A DNA stretch of 64,000 nucleotides, from assembly GCA_050084985.1 (NCBI GenBank), contig JBITNC010000002.1, forward strand, positions 6,014,001 to 6,078,000, in the 5' to 3' direction. Shown piece after piece: positions 52,331-64,000 of the stretch. How positions within the stretch are numbered: the stretch's first letter is position 1; every line of letters begins with the position of its first letter. The notes beneath the pieces were generated by a model. The model did no database searches and had not been told where the DNA came from. It worked only from the letters and a program-made list of their open reading frames with translations. Made by a program: the position numbers and the translations under genes. Origin of the DNA: Nageia nagi. Lineage: Eukaryota; Plantae; Pinophyta.

Positions 52331-53799
52331 CTCTTGCAAGTGGGACTAAGCTTGCAACTATTATTAGTACTTTACAGGATGGTTCGACCAACTTTGATTT
52401 TGTACTTAATTCTAATGCAACTGAGAGGTCATTGAAAAGAAAAAAAAGTTGGCTTAGTTAATTGTATAAGAAGAAGAGTGGGTTTCAAGAGATGATATTA
52501 GTCAATTTAAATATTGATACCAAATAATATGATGTTTATGAATTTTCTATGTTAAAAAAGTGAGATTGAAGCACTTGTAAGTTAAATACAATTTCAACCC
52601 AGAAATGCACTAGAAAATTAAATAATTCTCTATGATAAAAATCATTTTTATTATATGGGTTATTTATGTTCATGGTTATTTATGTATAGGTTCAACAAGC
52701 AGATGTTTATCATGATCAAGCACTAATGCTTAGCACTAATACATAATGGCATGAAGATCTATACTATAATATGAAAATGTATATTGTACTCCGAAGAATT
52801 TTAGGATGAATTTGTATCAAAATGTATACTCTAATATGAAAATGCATAATGTCATGTAAAGATTGTACTATGAATTTGTAAAACTTTCTTCTCTTCCAAA
52901 TTTTGTATCAATATGAGTTGGCACTTACTTGCATCAAAATGTATAATATGATATGAAAGTATATATTGTACTCTGAAGACTATACTATGTATTTGTATAA
53001 ACTTTTCTCTCTTCCAAGTTTTGTTTGAACATGACTTGTACTTTTTGCCTTGGATCCTTTGTTTGATCTTAATAATTTGTCCTAGATTGATCTACTTTTT
53101 TCTTTTCTTAAAAACCTAGGAATCATGATAGAGAAGTATGTGAAGATAATTTGATCTATTTCTTATGTATGAAAATATATTTATTCTTAAGAAAAATAAT
53201 CTATATTCTTAAGTAATCTAGGAAACTAATCTTTCTTCTACATCATGCATTTTAAGCAAGAAGTTGATCATAAGCAATAACATCAAATATTTATTACTAC
53301 ACGTTAATAATGTAATATGATTTTTAGAATTATGTAAATAATTGAAACATAGTTACATATGCATATTTCATTTTGGGAACAAAGACTATCCTCTCTGTTT
53401 TCTAAACAAACTTAAGAAAAAAACAATGATGTTTGTGTTGATAGAATTCAACTTTTCATATCATATGATAAGTGTGGTAGAGTAGAGTGTATAACATATT
53501 CTTTGAAATAACATAGAGACCAAGGTGATATAGTTAAATAAGTTTCATTTAGAAGTAGTTAAGATGAAGTATTGTTTGTACTTTATTTTATATGGCAACA
53601 TAATTCCATAAATACTTATATAGTGAAACAAAATTGAATTTTATTTACCAATATAAGTAGTGGAGATTTCATATGACAAAATTTGATGATACATAACCAT
53701 AACTTTATTCATGAATAGATATCAATGTACAAGAAATATGTTAATAAATATAATCAATATGGAATTGTATTAATCAAACTTTCTAAACATAATGCTAGT

Positions 53800-54000
53800 G
53801 AATATAAAGTAGTCTTATTCCATGAAATTGTGTTTGTATCATGCATCTTATCAAACATTCTCAAGCCTTGTGTATTATTACATATTTTTCATACATGTCT
53901 ATCATGACATTTATAACTAATCCTTGATGGATATCCATACCTTCTTCTAAAGCTCCCAAGGTGACATGTGTTGGAAGAATGTTGGCAAAGAATATGCAAA
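53800..54000 (-). pseudogene. PLS-class PPR gene fragment
   Basis: FANILPTHVTLGALEEGMDIHQG..NVMIDMYEK..HKA*..FDKMHDTNTISWN. Confidence 0.75.
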
Positions 54001-54539
54001 ATTACACTCAAATTAATGACTTTGGAAAATTACATACATAATGGATATGCAAACTTATACACATATTAATGAATACAAAAAATTGTGAACAAATGAATGA
54101 ATATGCCTTAATTCATCAATCATTAAGCTATATGTAATTTTATATCTATTGTGAACCCATTAAGAAATCATTAAGCTATCATGAAAACATTAAATTGTGC
54201 ATAATTTTCAATTTTATGTGGAAATGCAATCAAGTATATTAACAAAATTATTTAGTTTTATGATTTACACTAACCCATCCTAACAATACTCCAGGTCCTC
54301 CATGTGTATTAGGTGTATGAGTGTGTTAGTTAAAACTTATAATTGGTCAATTATGTCATTTTGATTACTAGTTGACTATATCATTTAGGTCATCTCAATA
54401 ATTGTATTTATTAATTTTATGAATCAATTTCAAACAAAAATTATAGATACAACAAAAATAATAAAAAACTATATAAACTAATGAACATACCATGCATAAA
54501 TATAACATAATGGAGTAAGAAAAAATACTATATTTTGGT

Positions 54540-54980
54540 ACTTTAATTGATATCCTATTTTTCTATTCATAATAATAGATAATAGATATTCTCTCCAAAA
54601 ATTATTCCTCTTTATAGTTTTTGAATCTTGAGGAGAGTTATCCTAATGGATTGTTTTGACATTGATGGTTTACCTGTTGGAGTTTTAATCATGCATAACT
54701 TATTGATTGATGTGGTCGACTAAACAATAAAGCTATTTACTACCTCTCACATTATATCAACACCATAATTGGGGATGGGTAGCATATATATATATCATTG
54801 AAAGGAAGGAAAAGGCTATCTCTTCCCAAATTCAACCACAAACGTTGGGTGTATATCAAAATCATACCATCACTCACAACCTAGTTACTCCACTCTACTC
54901 AAGTATATTTTGGGAGTATATCAAACATAAATTTTGGGCATATATAAACCATAAATTATGAGCTTATAAAAACAATATTT
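54540..54980. repeat. Dispersed direct repeat, copy 1 (copy 2 at ~58450-58910)
   Basis: aatagatatt.tctccaaaaatt.ttcctcttt..taatggattgttttgacattgatgg..gcatatataaaccataaattatg is present in both copies. Confidence 0.8.
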
Positions 54981-54984
54981 ATCA

Positions 54985-55575
54985 CAACATAACCTTTTTA
55001 TATGAATCCCATTGGAAAGAAGCCAAAATAATTCTCACATATGTGTTCAACATAAAAAAATTTGGTTTGTGGTATAAGGCTATTGAATCTAAGAATCTTG
55101 AAGTGTACATAAATGTTAATTGGTCCATAAGCCTTGATGATAGAAAAATCACATTTATGTATGCCTTCTTCTTTGTTAAATCACTTGTTTCATGGAGCAT
55201 AAAGAAGTAATAAATTGTTGCTCTTTCCACTTTTGAAGCATAATAAATGGCTACCTCCTCTTCTTACACTCAAGCCATTTGGATGGCTACATTATTGGAA
55301 AACCTAGTTATGCATTTTGACGAACCCATTCCCATCTACTATGATAACACCAACACCATTCCCATGATAAAGAATTCAATGTTTTATAGCTACAGCAAGC
55401 ATATTTATATTCACCATCATTTCATGAGAGACTTGGTGAAGGATGGATTCATTGAATTGAAATTTTATCCATATGAAGACAATTTGCTGACATCTTTACC
55501 GAAGCATTATCGAAGGATCGATTCCTTAGTCTCCAAAATCATATTAGAATGTTCCATTTTTGAATTCCAATTTTG
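54985..55575 (+). pseudogene. Ty1/copia RT C-terminus / RNase H fragment, probably followed by LTR-like sequence (~55575-56050)
   Basis: ESHWKEAK, DDRKIT, LVSWSIKK, VALSTFEA, QAIWM, IYYDNTNTI, SKHIYIHHHFMRDLV; downstream ctataaata at ~55825. Confidence 0.85.
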
Positions 55576-56972
55576 GATGTGAATAGTTAAACCCTTTCCA
55601 AGAATTACTTCCCAATATACTATTCCTCACCTAAAAGCTTTACTTCCTTTACAGGTATGTAGTTGAGTTCTTAATACTCATAATTTGATCAAATCTTCTT
55701 CAAACATGCATAGGCTTAGATGTATATCCCTTATATCATATTTTATTTATGTTTTGACCTAATTTCCTGAGGGAACTATTATCCATAAGATTTATTTGAG
55801 TGTTAAACTCTCCATGTTTTCTCTCTATAAATATGTATGGGATGTATTCCCATTAGGAGGAGGAGAATACTATAATGTTATGCTGCCATTTTGTAAATTG
55901 TTAACATAAAGCATTCATTTTTCTTTTTAACTCTATTTTCATTCTCTTCATGCTATTAAGTGACTATGTATGATTCTGACTCCTTGTGTAGGTATCTTGA
56001 ATATGGTTTAAGGTATTTTCTATTATTAATATCTATGTTTTGGATATTGGGTATCAATCAAATTTTTGTTTTATACTTTTGTTCATGAGATATCATGGCT
56101 TATATTTTTATTGGCCTATTTTGAGTCTCATACAAGTTTGAATGCTAAAGTATTCAACTTATCTTTTCAACCTCATGATTCTCCTAGTTGGAATCATTTA
56201 CAAACCTGATATCCCTCCTTGCATTTCTTAAATCTATCTTATTGGACCCGTATTAGCACTTTTGGACCTACATCTTCAAAATTGAGCGTGTTTTAAGCTT
56301 CTCAATTATTTTACTTTCTCACCAAGTGTGTTTTTTTTCTTACGAGACTTTGTTCATACTTTAGTTGATGTCATTACTCTCATCACCTGACACTTAATTC
56401 GTGTCCTTCCTTGCCTGATCATCATAGGATTTCCTAGTTGCATCTTTTGCCTTGCAACATCTTCATAATATTTCTAGGGTATTTTTTATACCTTGCCATG
56501 CCATGTATAAACATATATTGATATCACCACTCTTACCTAGTGGTACTCAATGTTTCCTATTCCTTACCGAAACTCCATAGGCTTTCAACTGATATCACTT
56601 ATTTAATTACCCAATGTTACATGTATTTACCTTATCCTAGGTCAATCTATCACCATATTGCATCCTGGGAACCTTTTTGCTTATATCATCACTTTAAAAG
56701 TGCAATATTATGCCCTTTCTCCCTAGTACTGCACTACGATAACCTATTTTTTGATGTCATTACCATAAGAGTAAGGAAATCTACATTTTGCATCATTCTA
56801 ATCTCAACAAATCCACTATTTACATGATAAATCCATTTTTTTTTATAATGACAAAGCCACTTTTTGGGGAAAACTTTATTTCAACTATGGCTAATCCATA
56901 TTTTAATGCGATTACTTCAAATTTGACTATAACTACTCCATTCTTGACCACAACAACTTCAAATTATTCAAT

Positions 56973-56984
56973 TGGTATTAGAGC
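56973..56984 (+). other. Degenerate iMet PBS marking the end of another LTR remnant
   Basis: ..ttCA at TGGTATTAGAGC. Confidence 0.5.
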
Positions 56985-57092
56985 ATTGAGGCATTAAGCC
57001 TTAGATTATTCAATTGATATCAAATCATATCATATGTAATTTTGCATTTAACCATAATTTCATCCTAGAATTTGATGTAGATATAAATCATA

Positions 57093-58059
57093 GGGTAAGT
57101 ACAAGAAGATGAGTCCCACTTTGGAGGAAGTGTTATGAACTGCTAGGTTTTTGTATTTCTTTAATAAATTTTTATTTTTTTTGGAATTATAAAAAAATAT
57201 ATGTGCATAATTTGCATACAATTCTTCATAATTTAAATAAAAAATAAATTAAAAATGATAAGTTTTATTCAAATTATGCTTATCGAACATAAGCATTTTT
57301 CTAAACAATAATCATGGCCAATAAAAAAATAATAAAAAGTAAATTATTCATGAAAAAAATAAAAAAAAATCCTCCATAATATTTAGTGTCTTAGGTATCT
57401 TTAACTAAAAGGATTTTAAAAATATTTTAATTTAGGTTCAATTATACTTAATGGACATGATGGGTATGGTTTTGAAATTGTATTTTTTAAATAGTAGATT
57501 TTGTATTTGTTTAATAACTTTTTATTTTTTATAATTGTGAAAAAAATAATATATGTGCACAATATGTATACAATTCTTCATAATATAAAAAAAAACAAAT
57601 TAAAAATGATAAGTTTAGGTCAAATTATGCTTGTTGAACATGAGCAATTTTTAAAATGGTAATCATAGTAAATAAAAATTAAAATATTCATTAAAAAATA
57701 TCCTTGAAAATATTTAGTATATTAGGTATCTTTAACCAAAATTATTTTAAAATATATTTTAATTTAGATCCAATTATGCTTGCCAGATAGAATCGTGGTA
57801 TGGTCCTGAAACTATATTTTTTAAATAGTTGCTTTTAAACATACCTACCAAATATTAATTTCTATCATTTGGGTATTATAATAAATTACATATTTGAAAA
57901 CTAGACTTTGATAACTACATTTTTACCCAAGTGATATTTGTCAAGAATCGGACTCTAAGTGCTTCAAATTTTGAGATCAATTATGAGAAAACCTAAAAAT
58001 GAGGGAAAATACTTCCACTTGTTGGCCAAAAGTGGGACTCATCTTCTTGCACTTACACC
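57093..58059. mobile_element. Non-autonomous DNA transposon (MITE-like) with ~30-bp TIRs and an internal ~350-bp tandem duplication
   Basis: Left GGGTAAGTACAAGAAGATGAGTCCCACTTT; right AAAGTGGGACTCATCTTCTTGCACTTACACC; ATA on both flanks; very AT-rich interior. Confidence 0.75.
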
Positions 58060-58449
58060 ATATCTTAAACCAAAAAAATAATAATACTTAAGATTCAATT
58101 CAATTAAATTAAATTAAAACTAATCTCCTAATATACATTATATTTATTAGAAGATAAATTCATCATTCTTACACCACAATATGAAAATAGTAGATGACAA
58201 GTCAAATTCATCACAAGTCTTTGTAAGGGGAGAGTTTTTAGTATTCAATCAAATACTAAGTCAAATTAATCATAAGTAAAATAATACCAACATTTATTTT
58301 GAGCTTATCTAATTCATTTGTGTTCATAATGCATTTCAAACATAAAAATGTGACTTGTAGTAGGAGGTAAATGCTAAATCCCTAAATTTTATGTATAGAA
58401 GAGTATAGAGCAATATAACCCAAACATTAGAAGAAACAATAATCAAATG

Positions 58450-59240
58450 ATAATATTCAATATCCTCTTTTTTTATTTTCAAGAATATATAATAGATATT
58501 ATCTCCAAAAATTCTTCCTCTTTTGCATTTTTAAATCTTTTAGAGAGTTTCATAATGGATTGTTTTGACATTGATGGTTCACTTGTTGGAGTTTTCATCA
58601 TGCATAGCTTATTGGTTGACATAGTTGACAAAATGATAAAGCTATTTACTACCTCTTGCATTGTGTCATCATCATCATTGGGGATAGGTAGCATACAACT
58701 ATCATTTAAAGAAATAAAAAGGCAATACTCTTCCCAAATTTGATCACAAACACTAGGTGTATATAAAAATCACATTGGGCGTATATCAAAATCACACCAC
58801 TACCTGCAACTTAATTCCTTTGCTTCCATTGAGTATATTTTGGGCATATATCAAATATAAATGTTGGGCATATATAAACCATAAATTATGGATGTATATA
58901 AATAATATTTATTATGGGATAGCCTCTTCCGTTTTCCAATGACCTATGTTTTGATAATGATATACAACCAAAATTTCTTAATATACATCCATTAAATATA
59001 GTTGGACATATATCAAAATCACACCACCATCCATTGCCCAATTTCTTTGCTTCGCTTGAGTGTATTTTAGGTGTATATTAAACATAAATTTTGGGCATAT
59101 GTAGACCATATATTACAAGCGTATATAAATAATATTTATTATGAGATACCTTCTTCGATTTTTTGACAACCTATTTCCTGGTAGTGATATATACCCAAAA
59201 TTTCTTAATATACATATGATTCATATAGTTGCATATATAA
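58450..59240. repeat. Dispersed repeat, copy 2, plus adjacent ~225-bp tandem duplication
   Basis: Matches 54540-54980; atatcaaaatcacaccac recurs at ~58783 and ~59010. Confidence 0.75.
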
Positions 59241-59559
59241 CCAAAGGTTATTAATATACTCTTGTAATTTAGCTTCTTTTAAAAATATTAAAAAATTTAA
59301 ACTATATATGCCCAACATTTAAATATATATGCCCAATGTTTAGTATATACACCCTTTCTAGAATATATACACCTAGTATTTAGAGTGTAATACATAGTGA
59401 AGTTATCACCCCTATTAATGAACATATTAATTTTTCTCTCAATCACAAATTGATTCAAAAGATTGGCCCTTTTGATTGTCCTGAATGTAGCTGAATGTGC
59501 ATGTCAATAACTTGATAACTTCTCATTTTTTTTTACCATGGATGTTTTCATATACTGTT

Positions 59560-59850
59560 TATTCCTTTTGTTTTCTTTTATATTTTGCATAAATGTTATC
59601 AAATACTATTTGGGCCTTTTATTTTCTTCAACATTTTGTATGCACGTTATCAAATATCATCTAAGCCTTATATTTTCTTTGACATTTTACGTGCATGTTG
59701 TCAAATACTATTTGGGCCTTTTGTTTTCTTCAATATTTTGTATGCAAGTTGTCAGATACTTTATGTGCCTTCTATTTTCTTTGATACTTTGTATGAATGT
59801 TGTCAAATACTATTGGGCCTTAAAATTTTCTTTGACATTTTGCATGTATG
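59560..59850 (-). repeat. 51-bp minisatellite (~5.5 copies) derived from a PPR motif
   Basis: Period 51 (59594, 59645, 59696, 59747, 59798); - strand translates as (M)H(T/V)KCxRKxKAQIVFDN repeats. Confidence 0.8.
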
Positions 59851-60960
59851 TCTAACATGGTAATCAAAACAAAAATATCTAATGAAAATAACTATAATAT
59901 TTGTTGAAAAATCATGGTGGCACGTGCTAGAAGAATATTGGTAAATCTGACATACTTTGGCTTTGCATTTAATAATTGCACCCGCTTAAATATCTCCAAA
60001 GCCTTTTCTCAAAAAACTTATTTTATTTCATATTTTGCATGCATGCTATAGCCATGAATTATATATCTTCCAATTATTTCATTCCATGATACTATTTTTG
60101 CATCATGCATCTTGTCAAACAATTCCTAAGCATATTCTGCATACATGTTTATTAAGGATTTCAAAATCATAACATTGGATGGAAAAAGTTGTATCCTTGG
60201 AATACTGCAATCAGATTCACTCATGGTAATAAAGTTTTCAACCATATTCCACTAGAAGTGCATAAATGCATGCAAATGGAACACATATAAAGGTTATGCT
60301 ATGAGGGTTTATTCCCAAGTGCTTCATCGGTTCAAAGAGTTTAAGGGCATCCTTCCTGTAGCCACTAATTTGATATGCTATCATAATTGCATTCCATGAA
60401 ACTATGTTTGCATCATTCTTCTTGTTAGATAATTCTTGGGCCTTATATATTGTTCCACATTTTTTATATATGTCTATGGGGTCATTCACAATGATAATAT
60501 TTTTTAAAAAACCATGATGGTCATGCTAGAAGAATGCTCATAAAGGTGACATAGTTTGAATTTTCAACAATTGCATCTACTTAAATGCCTGTAGAACCTT
60601 TTTAGAAAATCCATTTTGTTGCATATTCTACATGCATGCTATTGCTATAATTTGCATATCTTCTAATCATTGCATTCCATAATACTATCTCTGCATCATG
60701 CATATTATCAAACAATTCCTAGGTATATTCTGTGGACATGTTCATTAAGGATTTCACAATCACAACATTTGGTAGAAAAATATTTTAAAATAACTTTTGA
60801 TTGATGTTCATACCCTTTTCTAGATATCCCATGGTGGCACATGATGGAAGAATATTAACAAAGGTTGCAGAGTTGGTTTTAGGCATTTTCATAAAACTTA
60901 TTTTGTTCATATCCTATGATCATTGTTATCCATGAAATAATGTTTGCATCATGCATACGT
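59850..60960 (-). pseudogene. PLS-class PPR pseudogene (several scrambled motifs)
   Basis: IDIYKKCGTIYKAQEL..DANIVSWNAIM..DALKLFEPMKHLGINPHSITFICVPFAC; ELFDKMHDAKIVSWN; multiple stops and frameshifts. Confidence 0.85.
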
Positions 60961-62993
60961 CCATGATATTGTGTTAACTTGTTCCCTTCAATATTTTAGA
61001 AAGAGAACATATAAGAAAATTTATTAGTCATTGTGTGTTTTGTATTTCCTTAAAGTATTTATTCTTTCATGTATGAGATCAAATAGTTTAAGGGAATTGC
61101 TATTTCTAAATGGAATTCTTTAAGCTAATGCTCTAGTTGTTGGCAGTTAAAGTTATGTTTATAATGAACTGTAGGGACAAAAAGACTAATATATTAATTA
61201 TATCCTTGTTTGTGATGTTAATTATTTTTATAACTAAGTTGAGGTAGTATATTTAGAAGTTCATACACAATGGAGTTGACACTAAAATGACATAAAATTT
61301 TGAATCTACCTTTGTAAGATATCCATGGGAAATATCTTTTTGTTGTAATGATTTAACTTAGATATAAATTAAATGCATGAGAGGTTCAATAGATTTAATG
61401 GTAGTTGTTGATCAAGTTTATGTAATATTCACATGCTTGTATCACAATCAATGGAATCACTAAGGATGAACCACTTTTCACAGTTCAACCTCTAGTATGA
61501 AGGTTGGTACCTTATCCATTGGGCTAGATTCCTCTCAAGGGAGGGTCTACTACACTACTATCTGAAAGTGTAGGGTGCAAGAAAGAGATAAAATATAAGA
61601 GTACATAAAAGTAATTAAAATGAACATACTTTACCAACATGGGCTTCCATAAGTGAAATGACTAGAACTATATAGAAATTAATAACCATAAATTGTATCA
61701 TATTAACTAGTAATTATAGTGAGATATAACACTAGTAGACACTAACCCGATATTCATCCATGAAGCCACAAAGCATACACAACTATTTAAGCATATATAT
61801 GAACAAATAATTGATAAAATATCAAACATGTCATAAATGTATTAAGAAAATAGCCTTAGTAACATTGCATAGGGAAAACACGTAAATGTTCAACCTCTAT
61901 TACATTGAATTACCTAATATTTATAGGAATAATTGAATCAAAATAAATTAACTAAACTTAATCTCTAACTATTGCTAATGATTCTTGACTGATTACATCA
62001 AAGATAATGTTTAAAGAAAATTGGAACTAAATATTAAAGAATTCCTTTAGAAAATTTATGTGTTATATTCATATGACATGCATGGTTTTATTTATTTGAC
62101 TATTTTGTATTTCTATTCACCTTCTCAAACTGACTCTTATAATGGTTTCTACCATTGTAAGTACCTCTTCTACATTCAAGGTGACTTTAGGAACATCGCT
62201 AGGTAAGTTTATGGGCCATCCAGGCCCTTGTATATTTAGTCATGGATTAACTCTATCTTTTGATTTTCACCAAATGTATAAATCCTTGTTTGCTAGCATC
62301 ATCATTCTCTTCTACTCAAAATTAGTACAAAACTATCTTAACTTTGCTGATGTCATCACTTCAGCTTGCTAATTGTTTAGGCCTTTACATGCCTTTTACA
62401 CTTTCATATCCTAGTTTTGAATCTTTACTAGGTATTAGAATTGAAGTTGCTGATATCATTTCCTTTTGACTTATGGAACTATTTCAAATTTTACTTAAAT
62501 GGTTCATATGATGTCACCTTGCTCATTATTTTAGTTCTTTGTTCTCACTATTTCACTGGCAAGCCTCCTTATGGTAGGTTCTGATGTCATTTAGGAGGAA
62601 TTCTTGGGAACTTTGTTATTTTTCTTTACTAGTCCTACTTTTTTCCTTGGTTGATATCATTCCTCTCTTCCTCCCAAAATTGGATATTTTGGGAGCCCCT
62701 AACATTGGCACCTTGTTGCACTCTAACAATAATCAATTTGCCTTATATTATTTACCAATTCTTCGCTTATCAATTTATAATATCACCACTTGTGCACTCC
62801 AAAAATTAGATCATTTTAACACCTTTTACTTCTTGGGTACTATAGTTATTATTTTTGATAATGTCAACACTTAGAATTGCTCCTACTCCTTATGTTTAAG
62901 CTTTGACTAAGTCCTAGGAAGGGGTTCTATGGTACATAACAATTTCATACTTGATTTTTGAAATAATACATACATACATACATACTTATATAT

Positions 62994-62996
<3 letters not shown>

Positions 62997-63071
<75 letters not shown>
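62997..63071. repeat. (AT)n microsatellite
   Basis: Uninterrupted AT run of ~75 bp. Confidence 0.97.
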
Positions 63072-63074
<3 letters not shown>

Positions 63075-64000
63075 CAAAAATGCTCTATTTTAGTATTTAC
63101 ATATATATTTGGTAAATTTCAAGGGAGATTTTTGCTATAAAATCATAGGAATTAGATTAGACTAACTTCCTTACTGTATATTCAAAATCGATGCTACTAG
63201 GGTTCATTCCTCTAGAAGAGGATCCAAAAATGTAGCCAAGTTACACTCCAATATAAGTGCTTTGTTTAAATTCTCATAAGATATATCCTTATACATCTAG
63301 ATAGTCTCTTTGGCCTTCATCAATAAAGTGCTATACTTCTCAATAAGAGTAAAGATGTTCTCATCAGGATATGGAAATACCTATGCTGCAAACTCTATGA
63401 CATACTCTACCATTGTAGTTATGGAGGCTTGATATTCTCCATAATTCATTGAGGTATTCTTTGTGTCTTTGTTCTTCCATGTTAAATTTATCAACATTTA
63501 TAATGCTTACATCCCAAACTAGTTCTTTCTTCCTATCCACCTATATAGTGCTCAACTCTGTATTTGAGGCCCGATTGATTATTTGAATGGCCACTTGTGT
63601 TTCCCATTTATTTTGATCAATGGTGGCATAAACCCTATCCAAATAAGGTTAAAAATTAGGTAATTCTTTTGTACACACTTCATAAAGTCTATCAATGGAG
63701 ATAGGCCCTTAAGCATTTGTGCAATCTTGGCCCACTACTTCCTTTTTAACAGGCTAAAACATCTGTACTAAATCCAATCATCTTTTGTAAATCTAGGATT
63801 TACAATTTAATGCATTTATACTCTCATTATTTAACACCATAAAATTTTCCTAATTTTCAATCTTGGCATCCCTCTATTTGACTACATTCTTCTTAGAGGC
63901 TATTTGGGCATCTTTTTTTGTGAACTTAGCTATTTTGGTGGCAATATCAACATCCTTTTTAAAAGTAGAATAACCTCCTTTACCCAAGATCAACCTTGAC

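Noticed and set aside
58479-58694. 71-aa ORF as a small gene
   Set aside because: Part of a dispersed repeat whose other copy (54540-54980) has stops in the same frame.
59538-59863. Hydrophobic + strand ORFs as membrane proteins
   Set aside because: Antisense read-through of the 51-bp PPR-derived minisatellite.
1-64000. tRNA or rRNA genes
   Set aside because: Only 12-18 nt tRNA 3'-end complements (PBS-like) were seen; no cloverleaf or rRNA-like sequence recognised.

Overview
AT-rich eukaryotic DNA from a plant nuclear genome. The repeat content (PLS-type PPR debris, a Tat-lineage gypsy element with its extra RNase H between protease and RT, TE-filled introns) suggests a gymnosperm or conifer; this is an inference. 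There is one apparently intact host gene on the + strand: a 12-exon, ~1562-aa protein (4350-22136) with a 3.25-kb exon, a C-terminal DUF789 domain and a GC-AG last intron. The rest is TE-derived: the 5' end of a Ty1/copia element (1-2768, -), two probable intronic solo LTRs, a complete degenerate Ty3/gypsy Tat element (23808-36118, -), a complete degenerate Ty1/copia element with TSD TTTAC (39087-47633, -), a MULE/SWIM transposase pseudogene, a copia RNase H fragment, a MITE-like element, scattered PPR pseudogene fragments and many tandem repeats. The most unusual signal is in the Tat element. It has 2-3 tandem tRNA primer sites after its 5' LTR. In place of a polypurine tract it has an inverted tRNA-Lys-type primer site abutting the 3' LTR, which raises the possibility that both DNA strands are tRNA-primed. 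All calls were made by eye without database searches.
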